From IMG/VR virus record IMGVR_UViG_3300037467_001267, positions 1-64,000 of that record: DNA of 64,000 nucleotides. The stretch is one strand, 5' to 3'. This DNA comes from a virus (Duplodnaviria; Caudoviricetes). Both the position numbers and the translations under genes were made by a program. The notes beneath the pieces were generated by a model that ran no database searches, was not told the origin of the DNA, and saw nothing but the letters and a program-made list of their open reading frames with translations. Of the stretch, positions 6,380 through 13,681 are shown piece after piece (position 1 is the stretch's first letter; the number at the start of each line of letters is the position of its first letter).

Positions 6380-8966
6380 CGGGAAGTTACAGGACTGGGA
6401 CATGACGAAGGTCAGGGTGGCGGTGGCCAAAGCCGTCCGCGGTGCCTACGATCCGCCCGAGAAGTACGTCTTCAACCTCGACGCCATCGTAGATTCGGCG
6501 GAGCGTGCGGTGGCGAAGGTCGTGCGGGACAAGCAAGACCGGGGCTTCGTGGACATCGAGGAGGTCCAGGACGCGGTGGAGGACGGTCTCATGGAAGCCG
6601 GGCACACGAAGGTGGCCCGCTCCTACATCCTGTACCGCCGCGACCGGGCGATGGTGCGCAAGCGGATGGAGATGAAGCCGCCCGCGAACATGATCGAGGA
6701 TTACATCCACCCGGCCAAGTACGCCAAGTGGTTGCCGGAGTTGAAGCGGCGGGAGACGTACCTGGAAACCGTGTTGCGGTCGCAGGCCATGCATGTCCGC
6801 AAGTTCCCGCAGTACAAACTGGAAATTGAAGGGGTGTTTGAGCGAGTGCTGGACAAGCACGTCCTGCCGAGCATGCGCTCGATGCAGTTCGGCGGGGAGA
6901 AAGCCGAGGAGCATAACGCAGCGATCTACAACTGTAGTTTCTCGCTGTGTGACCGGCCGAGGTTCTTTGCCGAAGCGTTCTACCTGCTCCTGTGCGGCTG
7001 CGGCGTGGGTGCGAGTATCCAGAAGCAGCACGTCGCGAAGCTGCCGCCGATCCGCCGGATGGACACGAGCAAGGTCAGGCACTTCACGATCGTCGATACA
7101 ATCGTCGGCTGGGCGGACGCGGTGGACGCGATGTTCGACGCGGCGATGGAGGGGTACTGGATCGAGTATGACTATTCTCAGGTTCGCCCTGAAGGCACTG
7201 TTCTTGGAAAGTCTGGCGGCCGTGCTCCTGGGCATGTGCCTTTGCGTAAGTGCCTGGAGACGCTTCGCACTATGTTGGAAGCGGCGGCGGGGCGGCACCT
7301 CAGGCCGATCGAATGCGGGGACGCGATCTGCCATATCGCCCTCGCCGTGCTGTCTGGAGGCATTCGAAGATCGTCGCTTATTCTGATCTTCTCGCCCGAC
7401 GACGAGGAGATGCTCACGGCCAAGGCCGAGGGCAACTTCAGGTACCCGTCAGGCAAAGACCCCGGCCTGAACGCCCACAGGCAGATGAGTAACAACTCCG
7501 CCTGCTGTGTGCGGAACAAGACCACCCGGGAGCAGTTCGAACGGCTGTTCGAACTGTCCGTGGCGAACTGGGGTGACCCGGGCATCTACTGGACGGACGA
7601 CGAAGACTACGGCACGAACCCATGCGGCGAGATCGGGCTGAACCCAACGATCACGAACGGTCAACTCATGGAGCTGGTTCAGGCTGGTGTGATCCATGGA
7701 GTGGGTGCTGAGTACTGGGACGGTTCGGGACTGGGTGAGATCAACGAGCGTCTATCTGGCTGGTCGTTCTGTAACCTGTGCGAGACGAACGCGGCACGGG
7801 TGAAGACCAAGGCGGAGTTCTTGGCGGCGGTTAGGGCTGCCGCGGCGATCGGCACGCTCCAGGCCAGCTACACGAGTTTCCCGTACCTGGGTGCCATCAC
7901 CGAAGCCATCGCACGGCGGGAAGCCCTCCTGGGCGTGGGCATCACCGGCATCATGGACAACCCCGACTTGGTCCTGGATCCTGAGCTGCTTCAAGAAGCG
8001 GCGGCGGAAGCCGTGGCGACGAACATGGAGTGGGCTCTGAAGCTTGGGATCCGCCCGGCAGCGAGGGTCACGACGGTCAAGCCCAGCGGTACGGCTTCGC
8101 TGGAACTGGGCTGCGTGGGCAGCGGGATCCATCCGCACCACGCACGGCGATACTTCAGAAGAATTACCGCCAACCCGCTGGAGCCGGTGGCGAACTACCT
8201 GAAGATGCTAAATCCGCATCTGTTCCAGGAGAAGCCGAACGGGGACTGGTGTATTACCTTCCCCGTCGCCGCACCCGACACGGCGACTAAGTTCGTTAAA
8301 AATCAGTCCGCCAGCGAGTTTCTGGACAACGTGTTCCTGGTGTACGAGAACTGGGTCAAGCCGGGGACGGCACGGCCCGAGAGCAGCCCGGGTCTGACCC
8401 ATAACGTTAGTGCTACCGTCACGGCATGGGACCACGAGTTCCCGGAAGTCCGCTCCAGACTCTGGGAGGAGCGTCACCGCTACAACGCCATCTCGTTCGC
8501 CCACGCCGGCTCGGACAAGGGCATCCCGTACATGCCGCGGGAGGAAGTCACGACGGACGCCGACTGGGCACTCTGGGAGGAGCTGATCACGAAGTACACG
8601 CCGGTAGACTACACGCAGTTCGTGGAAGAGGAGGACATGACGGCGGCGAACGCCGAAGCCGCGTGTGCCGGCGGGGCCTGTGACGTGATCGAGGGCGCCA
8701 TCCTGAAGCGTGCCCCGTACCCGGGTGCGGTCATGCTGTTCGAGGGGCCGTGGCAGGACTGGGACGAAGAATCCCACCCCCACTGGATCGTGGTGGAGGC
8801 ACCCGAGCCTGATAGCAACTACTTCTACGACGGTAAGTCATGGTGGTGGCTGCCGCCGAGCACGAACCACGACACGGTCAAAGAAACGGTGCTGGGCCAC
8901 GAGTACGTCTGGGCCAAGGCGGTGCGGGGCAAGACGTTACACGAGTTGAACATGGAGTGGCTCTAA
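6360..8966 (+). CDS. nrdJ: Class II (adenosylcobalamin-dependent) ribonucleotide reductase with N-terminal ATP cone
   Basis: ATP cone (IRKRDGKLQDWD), VLPSMRSMQFGG, YNCSF, TNPCGEI, FCNL, TTVKPSGTAS, C-terminal ACAGGAC; AGGAG RBS at 6350. Confidence 0.92.
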   Translation: MKIRKRDGKLQDWDMTKVRVAVAKAVRGAYDPPEKYVFNLDAIVDSAERAVAKVVRDKQDRGFVDIEEVQDAVEDGLMEAGHTKVARSYILYRRDRAMVRKRMEMKPPANMIEDYIHPAKYAKWLPELKRRETYLETVLRSQAMHVRKFPQYKLEIEGVFERVLDKHVLPSMRSMQFGGEKAEEHNAAIYNCSFSLCDRPRFFAEAFYLLLCGCGVGASIQKQHVAKLPPIRRMDTSKVRHFTIVDTIVGWADAVDAMFDAAMEGYWIEYDYSQVRPEGTVLGKSGGRAPGHVPLRKCLETLRTMLEAAAGRHLRPIECGDAICHIALAVLSGGIRRSSLILIFSPDDEEMLTAKAEGNFRYPSGKDPGLNAHRQMSNNSACCVRNKTTREQFERLFELSVANWGDPGIYWTDDEDYGTNPCGEIGLNPTITNGQLMELVQAGVIHGVGAEYWDGSGLGEINERLSGWSFCNLCETNAARVKTKAEFLAAVRAAAAIGTLQASYTSFPYLGAITEAIARREALLGVGITGIMDNPDLVLDPELLQEAAAEAVATNMEWALKLGIRPAARVTTVKPSGTASLELGCVGSGIHPHHARRYFRRITANPLEPVANYLKMLNPHLFQEKPNGDWCITFPVAAPDTATKFVKNQSASEFLDNVFLVYENWVKPGTARPESSPGLTHNVSATVTAWDHEFPEVRSRLWEERHRYNAISFAHAGSDKGIPYMPREEVTTDADWALWEELITKYTPVDYTQFVEEEDMTAANAEAACAGGACDVIEGAILKRAPYPGAVMLFEGPWQDWDEESHPHWIVVEAPEPDSNYFYDGKSWWWLPPSTNHDTVKETVLGHEYVWAKAVRGKTLHELNMEWL

Positions 8967-8974
8967 GTGTAGGT

Positions 8975-9073
8975 TCGGCTGTACGTCTCGGAATGGGCGG
9001 TGCAACTCCGCCCGATGGCCAGAGCGGCGGGCAGAGCGTCCCGTGGTTGTCGGTTCGAATCCGACCGGCCGAA
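8975..9073 (+). ncRNA. tRNA-like RNA with a hairpin inserted in the D-loop and an aberrant anticodon loop
   Basis: Acceptor TCGGCTG(8975-81)/CGGCCGA(9066-72); T-arm GTCGG-TTCGAAT-CCGAC; D-stem CG(T)CTC/GAGCG enclosing GGGCGG-TGCAACT-CCGCCC; stem CGGG/CCCG with 8-nt loop; no CCA. Confidence 0.72.
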
Positions 9074-9075
9074 TT

Positions 9076-9327
9076 ATGCTACTAAGTGAGTGGGTTGCGA
9101 GAGCGGAAGGCGTGGTGGCTCGCCTGAAAGAGCTGCCGGGAGACATCGAGGTCATGAAGGTGCCGGGACGCATCGTCCTGGATTACGACGGCACGATCCT
9201 CGGGAAAATTAACTGCGGAGAAATGGAGCTGGTGATTTATGGCGATGAGACCGGTCAGGCTGGGGCTAGACGAGATGAATCTGTTCAACACCATCGCGGT
9301 GGAGACGGGGGCGAAGTGCAACCGTAA
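9076..9327 (+). CDS. Hypothetical protein
   Basis: ATG right after the tRNA-like element; overlaps next gene. Confidence 0.4.
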   Translation: MLLSEWVARAEGVVARLKELPGDIEVMKVPGRIVLDYDGTILGKINCGEMELVIYGDETGQAGARRDESVQHHRGGDGGEVQP

Positions 9328-10213
9328 GTGCGGGTTCTGCCCGGTGAGTCTGGGCGGGCGGGATGAAGATGAGTACATGGACCAGGGCACGTTCAACAAG
9401 ATCATAGCCGAACTGGTCTCGCTGAAGTACAAGGGGAGTTTCATCTTCCACCTCTACAACGAGCCCATGAAAGATAAGAGGCTCGTTGACCTGGTGCGTC
9501 AGGCCCGGGAGAACTTGCCCCGGGCGGGGTTGAGATTTAACACCAACGGCGACTACATCAAAGAGCCCTGGGACGTGGCGAAGTATTTTGACGCGGGCCT
9601 GAACCAGATGCTGATCAACGTCTACTCCAACGAGAAGCGGTACCAGCAGCTGGTGGAGATCGTGCGGCAGGTCAAGGTGGCCCACGAGGGTCTGCACTAC
9701 GACGCGGGAGACATGAAGCGTGCCGGGATGAGCGTAGAGGTGCTAAGAAAGTTCGGGTCGGAAGTGTACCAGCTGGGCGGCACCCAGAAGCTGCAGAACA
9801 GGAGCGGCCAGAACACGGATCCCAACCTGGCCGTGTTGGACGAGCCGCTGGAAAAGTACTGCGTGCGGCCGTTCAGGCATATTAACGTGAACTGGAAGGG
9901 CGACGTGGTCTTGTGTTGTAACGACTACTTCGGTCGTGTGACGATCGGGAACGTGCGTGAGCGGAGTTTGGTGGACTTGTGGAATGATCCGCTCCTGATG
10001 CTCTACCGCAAGAAGCTCCAGCGAGAGGATCGGAGAATGCCGCTGTGTGATAAGTGCGATTACGGCGGTGGGGTCATGCCGCACAGTACGCACCCCATTG
10101 CGTGGCCGGGTCGTGCGTGGGCGGAGGATTATCGTGACGTTGACGTCGAAAAGCTGCGGCACATAGCCAAAACGTGCGCGGAGTCGGCGTCCATGGGGCA
10201 GTTAGGGGAATAG
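9239..10213 (+). CDS. Second radical SAM enzyme with SPASM/Twitch-type domain
   Basis: CxxxCxxC (KCNRKCGFC), HLYNEP, FNTNG, YCVRPF..KGDVVLCCND..IGNV..SLVDLWN..CDKC. Confidence 0.9.
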   Translation: MAMRPVRLGLDEMNLFNTIAVETGAKCNRKCGFCPVSLGGRDEDEYMDQGTFNKIIAELVSLKYKGSFIFHLYNEPMKDKRLVDLVRQARENLPRAGLRFNTNGDYIKEPWDVAKYFDAGLNQMLINVYSNEKRYQQLVEIVRQVKVAHEGLHYDAGDMKRAGMSVEVLRKFGSEVYQLGGTQKLQNRSGQNTDPNLAVLDEPLEKYCVRPFRHINVNWKGDVVLCCNDYFGRVTIGNVRERSLVDLWNDPLLMLYRKKLQREDRRMPLCDKCDYGGGVMPHSTHPIAWPGRAWAEDYRDVDVEKLRHIAKTCAESASMGQLGE

Positions 10214-10228
10214 TTGGGCTTATTAGAG

Positions 10229-10300
10229 GCTTGCCTGCTGGTTTTCGCAGGGCGGGGTATATCCGGAGTAGGGTAGACCCCCGAAAACCAGCAGGCGGGC
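10229..10300. repeat. Long intergenic inverted repeat/hairpin
   Basis: GCTTGCCTGCTGGTTTTCG(10229-47) pairs with CGAAAACCAGCAGGCGGGC(10282-300); inner GGGGT/ACCCC stem. Confidence 0.7.
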
Positions 10301-10407
10301 GCAGGATTAAGCGGAATCGGGGTTGGGAGCGGTTTCGGAGGGGTCGAAAACGGGCGAAAGCCCGGGATGATCCTTACGAGACCCTAACTGCGGAATGGGA
10401 GCCTGGT

Positions 10408-10638
10408 ATGACGTTACGGATCGGACGGGTTGATGACGCGTATCGACCGGCTGTCGTGGAAGACGCGATGAAACTGCATCCGAATCTGGACGTGGTGCTG
10501 GGCCCCGAGTGGGCACGCCCGCTATGCGTGGGTGTGGTGTTCGTGCCGAGGGGGGCGGAGAAGTTTCTGGAATGGATTAAGGAAGCCCACGTGCGTGAAA
10601 CGTTGGGCACAGGCAAGGTAGACGAGATACGCATATGA
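10408..10638 (+). CDS. Hypothetical protein
   Basis: ATG 10408 after GGGAG; stop overlaps next start. Confidence 0.5.
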   Translation: MTLRIGRVDDAYRPAVVEDAMKLHPNLDVVLGPEWARPLCVGVVFVPRGAEKFLEWIKEAHVRETLGTGKVDEIRI

Positions 10639-11294
10639 GCAAAGTATTCTACGTGGCGGCGTCGGCAGCGAGACAGGGCGAAGCGAAGGCGATCGCTGAA
10701 CACTTGCGGGCTCGCGGTGCGAAGGTTAAAGCCCGCTGGCTAGAACAGGGTGATGTGTCGTACGGACGGCCGGGTGTGGAGGACGAACTGGGTACGTGTG
10801 CCCAGATGGACATGCACGACGTGATAAACTCTGACGAGGTAGTCTGCCTGTCCGGAGACGTCTATACTAAGGGTGGGCGGCATAGCGAAGTCGGTGCCGC
10901 GATAGCACTAGGAAAGAACGTGTGGCTGTTTGGTCCGAGAGAGCAAGTCTTCCACTACCACCCGTTAGTTACACAGGTGGAACGGCTGGACCAGATCGTC
11001 GTGAAGGATGTGGCCGAGAACTTTCGGACACGTAAACCCATGCGGGACGGGTTTATTGAGCAGCAAATTTACGAGCTGCGGAACAAGATCAAGTCTGTGA
11101 TGCTGAAACACGGCCCTGGCAAGTTCGTGTCGAGCCATGAGGTGCTCGGTCAAGTTACGGAGGAATATCACGAACTGATCGACGTAATTCGCAGAGACAA
11201 AGATAAAATTGGCCCGATTGCGGACGAACTGTTCGACATCGCGTTGGTGGCCGTGTTGGGTGTGGTGTCGATGCGTATGGGAGGTAATGACTGA
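10635..11294 (+). CDS. Nucleoside 2-deoxyribosyltransferase/N-glycosidase-like domain fused to a MazG-like helical domain
   Basis: KVFYVA..DMHDVINSDEVVCL..GGRHSEVGAAIALGK (NDT family), then HEVLGQVTEEYHEL..DELFDIALVA (MazG EExxE..E..D). Confidence 0.7.
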   Translation: MSKVFYVAASAARQGEAKAIAEHLRARGAKVKARWLEQGDVSYGRPGVEDELGTCAQMDMHDVINSDEVVCLSGDVYTKGGRHSEVGAAIALGKNVWLFGPREQVFHYHPLVTQVERLDQIVVKDVAENFRTRKPMRDGFIEQQIYELRNKIKSVMLKHGPGKFVSSHEVLGQVTEEYHELIDVIRRDKDKIGPIADELFDIALVAVLGVVSMRMGGND

Positions 11295-11584
11295 TGAGTA
11301 ACCCAATCGACGAAATCCTGAATGAGTTTCGTGAAGCACGAAAGCAGGGCCGCCAGAAGTATGGCGGTAGCGATCCTGTGGGACACGACCTCAACCACCG
11401 TCTCAGCGATTGGTTGAGGTTCGTGCGTGACCACCTCGACCGTGCGGGAGGGCCGGATGCTTTCGTGGCCCTGGACCAGCGGGAGCATCTCGTCAAGGCG
11501 GGAGGATTGCTACTCTCTGCGATCTGGGCTCTGGATGTGAACGCAGGACGCATCCCATTACCGGGAGCCGACACCCATGAGTAA
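11294..11584 (+). CDS. Hypothetical helical protein
   Basis: 96-aa ORF coupled to neighbours. Confidence 0.55.
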   Translation: MSNPIDEILNEFREARKQGRQKYGGSDPVGHDLNHRLSDWLRFVRDHLDRAGGPDAFVALDQREHLVKAGGLLLSAIWALDVNAGRIPLPGADTHE

Positions 11585-12215
11585 GTTTAACATGATGACT
11601 TTACCGGCGGCGTACGAGCTGTTGGGCTTGGACATGAAGATCAAGCTCACGCCCGAGGCCCTCAGCAAAGCATATAGAAAAGCCGCGTTGGCCAACCACC
11701 CGGACACGAAGTTCGGCGAGCTGGCGAAGCGGGAGGCCGCGGAGAAGATGGCTTCGATTAACGACGCCAAAGAGCTACTGGAGAAGCTGGTCAACCGGGC
11801 ACCGAGTTTCTCCGCCAACCCGTTCGGCACGGCGGTGCCTGTGGACGACCATCAGCTGGAAAGCAAGTTCCAGGGCGAGGTGATCGCCGCATGGGAGGCG
11901 ATCGGGGCACTAATTCTTAAAGTACACGGCAACGCGTTCCAGAAGGCCGGGTGGCCGGATTTGCAGGTCTACCACGTCAAGTGGACTGGGCACCTGGAGC
12001 TCAAAGTAAACGACAACAAACCGTCCGAGATCCAGCGAATCGTGATACGCGATCTGATGGCCCGCAAGACATGGGCGTTCGTCCTGCGGATGAAGGCGGG
12101 GATCGTGTACCTGGAGAACGACCGCGGGCAGGCGATCAGCCATATGGAGGGATGGAAGAAGATGACCGCCGTCCAGCGGGCTCATTCTATGCTAAGTCTA
12201 CTGGGAGTAAAGTAG
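11577..12215 (+). CDS. J-domain fused to VRR-NUC (PD-(D/E)xK) nuclease
   Basis: AYELLGL..KAYRKAALANHPD..MASINDAKELL (J-domain, HPD) then ESKFQ..AGWPDL..LELK..SEIQ (VRR-NUC). Confidence 0.78.
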   Translation: MSKFNMMTLPAAYELLGLDMKIKLTPEALSKAYRKAALANHPDTKFGELAKREAAEKMASINDAKELLEKLVNRAPSFSANPFGTAVPVDDHQLESKFQGEVIAAWEAIGALILKVHGNAFQKAGWPDLQVYHVKWTGHLELKVNDNKPSEIQRIVIRDLMARKTWAFVLRMKAGIVYLENDRGQAISHMEGWKKMTAVQRAHSMLSLLGVK

Positions 12216-12281
12216 CTTTATAGGGATCGAGGTACTTGCGGCACCGCCCAGCGGAGAGCCTACATCCTAACTCTAGTAGAG

Positions 12282-12406
12282 ATAAGAGATAAGATAACTT
12301 TCAAAATTGCTATAGGTGTGTATCTCACGTATAGGGGTATTAAGAGTAAGGGGGTTTGGGGAAAGTCGGTGCTGCGTGGCCCCACGATCCCCGTAAAGGA
12401 GCTTTA
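12282..12406. repeat. Composite element (AT-rich GATAA-repeat box plus 42-nt GC box) with a second copy at 45814-45930
   Basis: ATAAGAGATAAGATAA(12282-97) is the exact reverse complement of 45842-57; 12365-12406 matches 45890-45930 at 35/42 in direct orientation. Confidence 0.75.
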
Positions 12407-12408
12407 CT

Positions 12409-13056
12409 TTGGGCGAGTTATTCGACGATTGGGACGTGTCTCCGAAGAGGAAGACTGCCGCGGAGGAGCTTTTGGACGCGCAGAAACAACATGACCGCGA
12501 GAAGCGATCGAGGAAGGCGAGGCGGAAGAGCAAACGGCATAAGCCGCGGCGGGTGGGTGTGAACCCGTTCGCTGAGCGGGGCCTGGTCGCGATGACGACG
12601 CCGCCTCATCAGGAGAAGGGACGTGTGGATCGGAGAGACAAGAAACTCCCGGGCGGAGGAACGAGCATGACATGCCCGGAGTGCCATCAACCTAAGCTTA
12701 AGATGTCGCTGTGGGTGGAGGACGGAGGCAGGCTGATCTGTCGTAAGTGCCACTGGAAGAAGCATCGCGCCAAGGGGAGTATGGTGACTGTGGGTGCCCT
12801 GTTTGGCGGGATGGAGCGCACGTGGGAGTTCAACTGGGACAAACTCGAAGCGGAACGCGTGAAAGCGGGGATCGGGATCCAGCACCTTGCCGCGGCGATG
12901 GGCGTTTCTCATGTTACTTACATCAACCGCAGGGACAATCACGTCACCGATCGTGTGACTGAAACGGTGGCCCGGGCGATCCTCGACGAGTTCCTGATGA
13001 TGAACGTACGGACGGCGGACGACCGCTCGCTGACGCCGGATGACCGGGAAAAGTAG
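12409..13056 (+). CDS. Zn-ribbon plus HTH protein, possible transcription regulator
   Basis: CPEC..CRKC and C-terminal LEAERVKAGIGIQHLAAAMGVSHVTY (XRE-like HTH). Confidence 0.55.
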   Translation: MGELFDDWDVSPKRKTAAEELLDAQKQHDREKRSRKARRKSKRHKPRRVGVNPFAERGLVAMTTPPHQEKGRVDRRDKKLPGGGTSMTCPECHQPKLKMSLWVEDGGRLICRKCHWKKHRAKGSMVTVGALFGGMERTWEFNWDKLEAERVKAGIGIQHLAAAMGVSHVTYINRRDNHVTDRVTETVARAILDEFLMMNVRTADDRSLTPDDREK

Positions 13057-13075
13057 TGGCGGAAGTGGTGGGCGA

Positions 13076-13114
13076 AATTTTCCTGTTTCGCCTATTTTGG
13101 GACGTGTATATAGT
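13076..13114 (+). promoter_or_regulatory. Sigma70-like promoter with conserved upstream AATTTTC box
   Basis: AATTTTCCTG-TTTCGC-N17-TATAGT; same architecture at 45984 and 47228. Confidence 0.6.
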
Positions 13115-13195
13115 TGAGCCTGGTAGCCGATCGATGGCGAGGACGTGCGTGGGAGCATATTCTCGCGGGCAACATTGATTGGCGAAACCGGGCAT

Positions 13196-13681
13196 ATGAG
13201 TGAAGGTGGCGGCAAACGGGCAGGCGCACCGAAAGGTGTCGCTGCGCCGAACTACGTACGTTGCGACGCGTTGATTGACCTCGTGGCGAACTGCTTAGCA
13301 CGCAGGCTCCCGAAGTCTACTCTGAAGCGTGTCGTGCGCGAGGCCCTCACCACGCCCGAATCGCCCACGCCGTCCATCTCCCCACGCACCATCGAGACCC
13401 TCATCAAGATCGCCCGCGAGCGCATGGTCGCACGTGCCGCGGAGAAGCGGGGCATCCATAAGGGCGACGCCATCGCCTGGCTGGAAGGCGTCATCGCCGA
13501 CGACCGGATCCACGTCCAACATAAGCTGACCGCGCAGCAACAGCTCACCGAACTCCTGGGCCTGGACGCACGGTTCGAACTGGAGGAGCGGAAGAAGGGC
13601 GACCAGCCCGCCCAGAATCTGGTCGAGCAGATGCGTCAGCAGCTCGCTGCGATGGACGAGAGCGTAGGGGGTGGGTCATGA
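13196..13681 (+). CDS. Putative terminase small subunit
   Basis: Helical protein immediately upstream of and overlapping TerL. Confidence 0.55.
   Translation: MSEGGGKRAGAPKGVAAPNYVRCDALIDLVANCLARRLPKSTLKRVVREALTTPESPTPSISPRTIETLIKIARERMVARAAEKRGIHKGDAIAWLEGVIADDRIHVQHKLTAQQQLTELLGLDARFELEERKKGDQPAQNLVEQMRQQLAAMDESVGGGS

Noticed and set aside
7620-7780. Intein in the RNR (or in TerL, helicase, polymerase)
   Set aside because: The RNR insert is ~35 aa with no C/S...HN-C/S/T splice motifs; the other proteins are of normal length
221-9073. Functional decoding tRNA genes (Pro/His or other)
   Set aside because: No 7-nt anticodon loop with U33 and no encoded CCA in either element
949-10213. Radical SAM genes as QueE of a 7-deazaguanine pathway
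   Set aside because: Both have SPASM/Twitch C-termini, and no folE, queD, queC or dpdA homologue is recognisable
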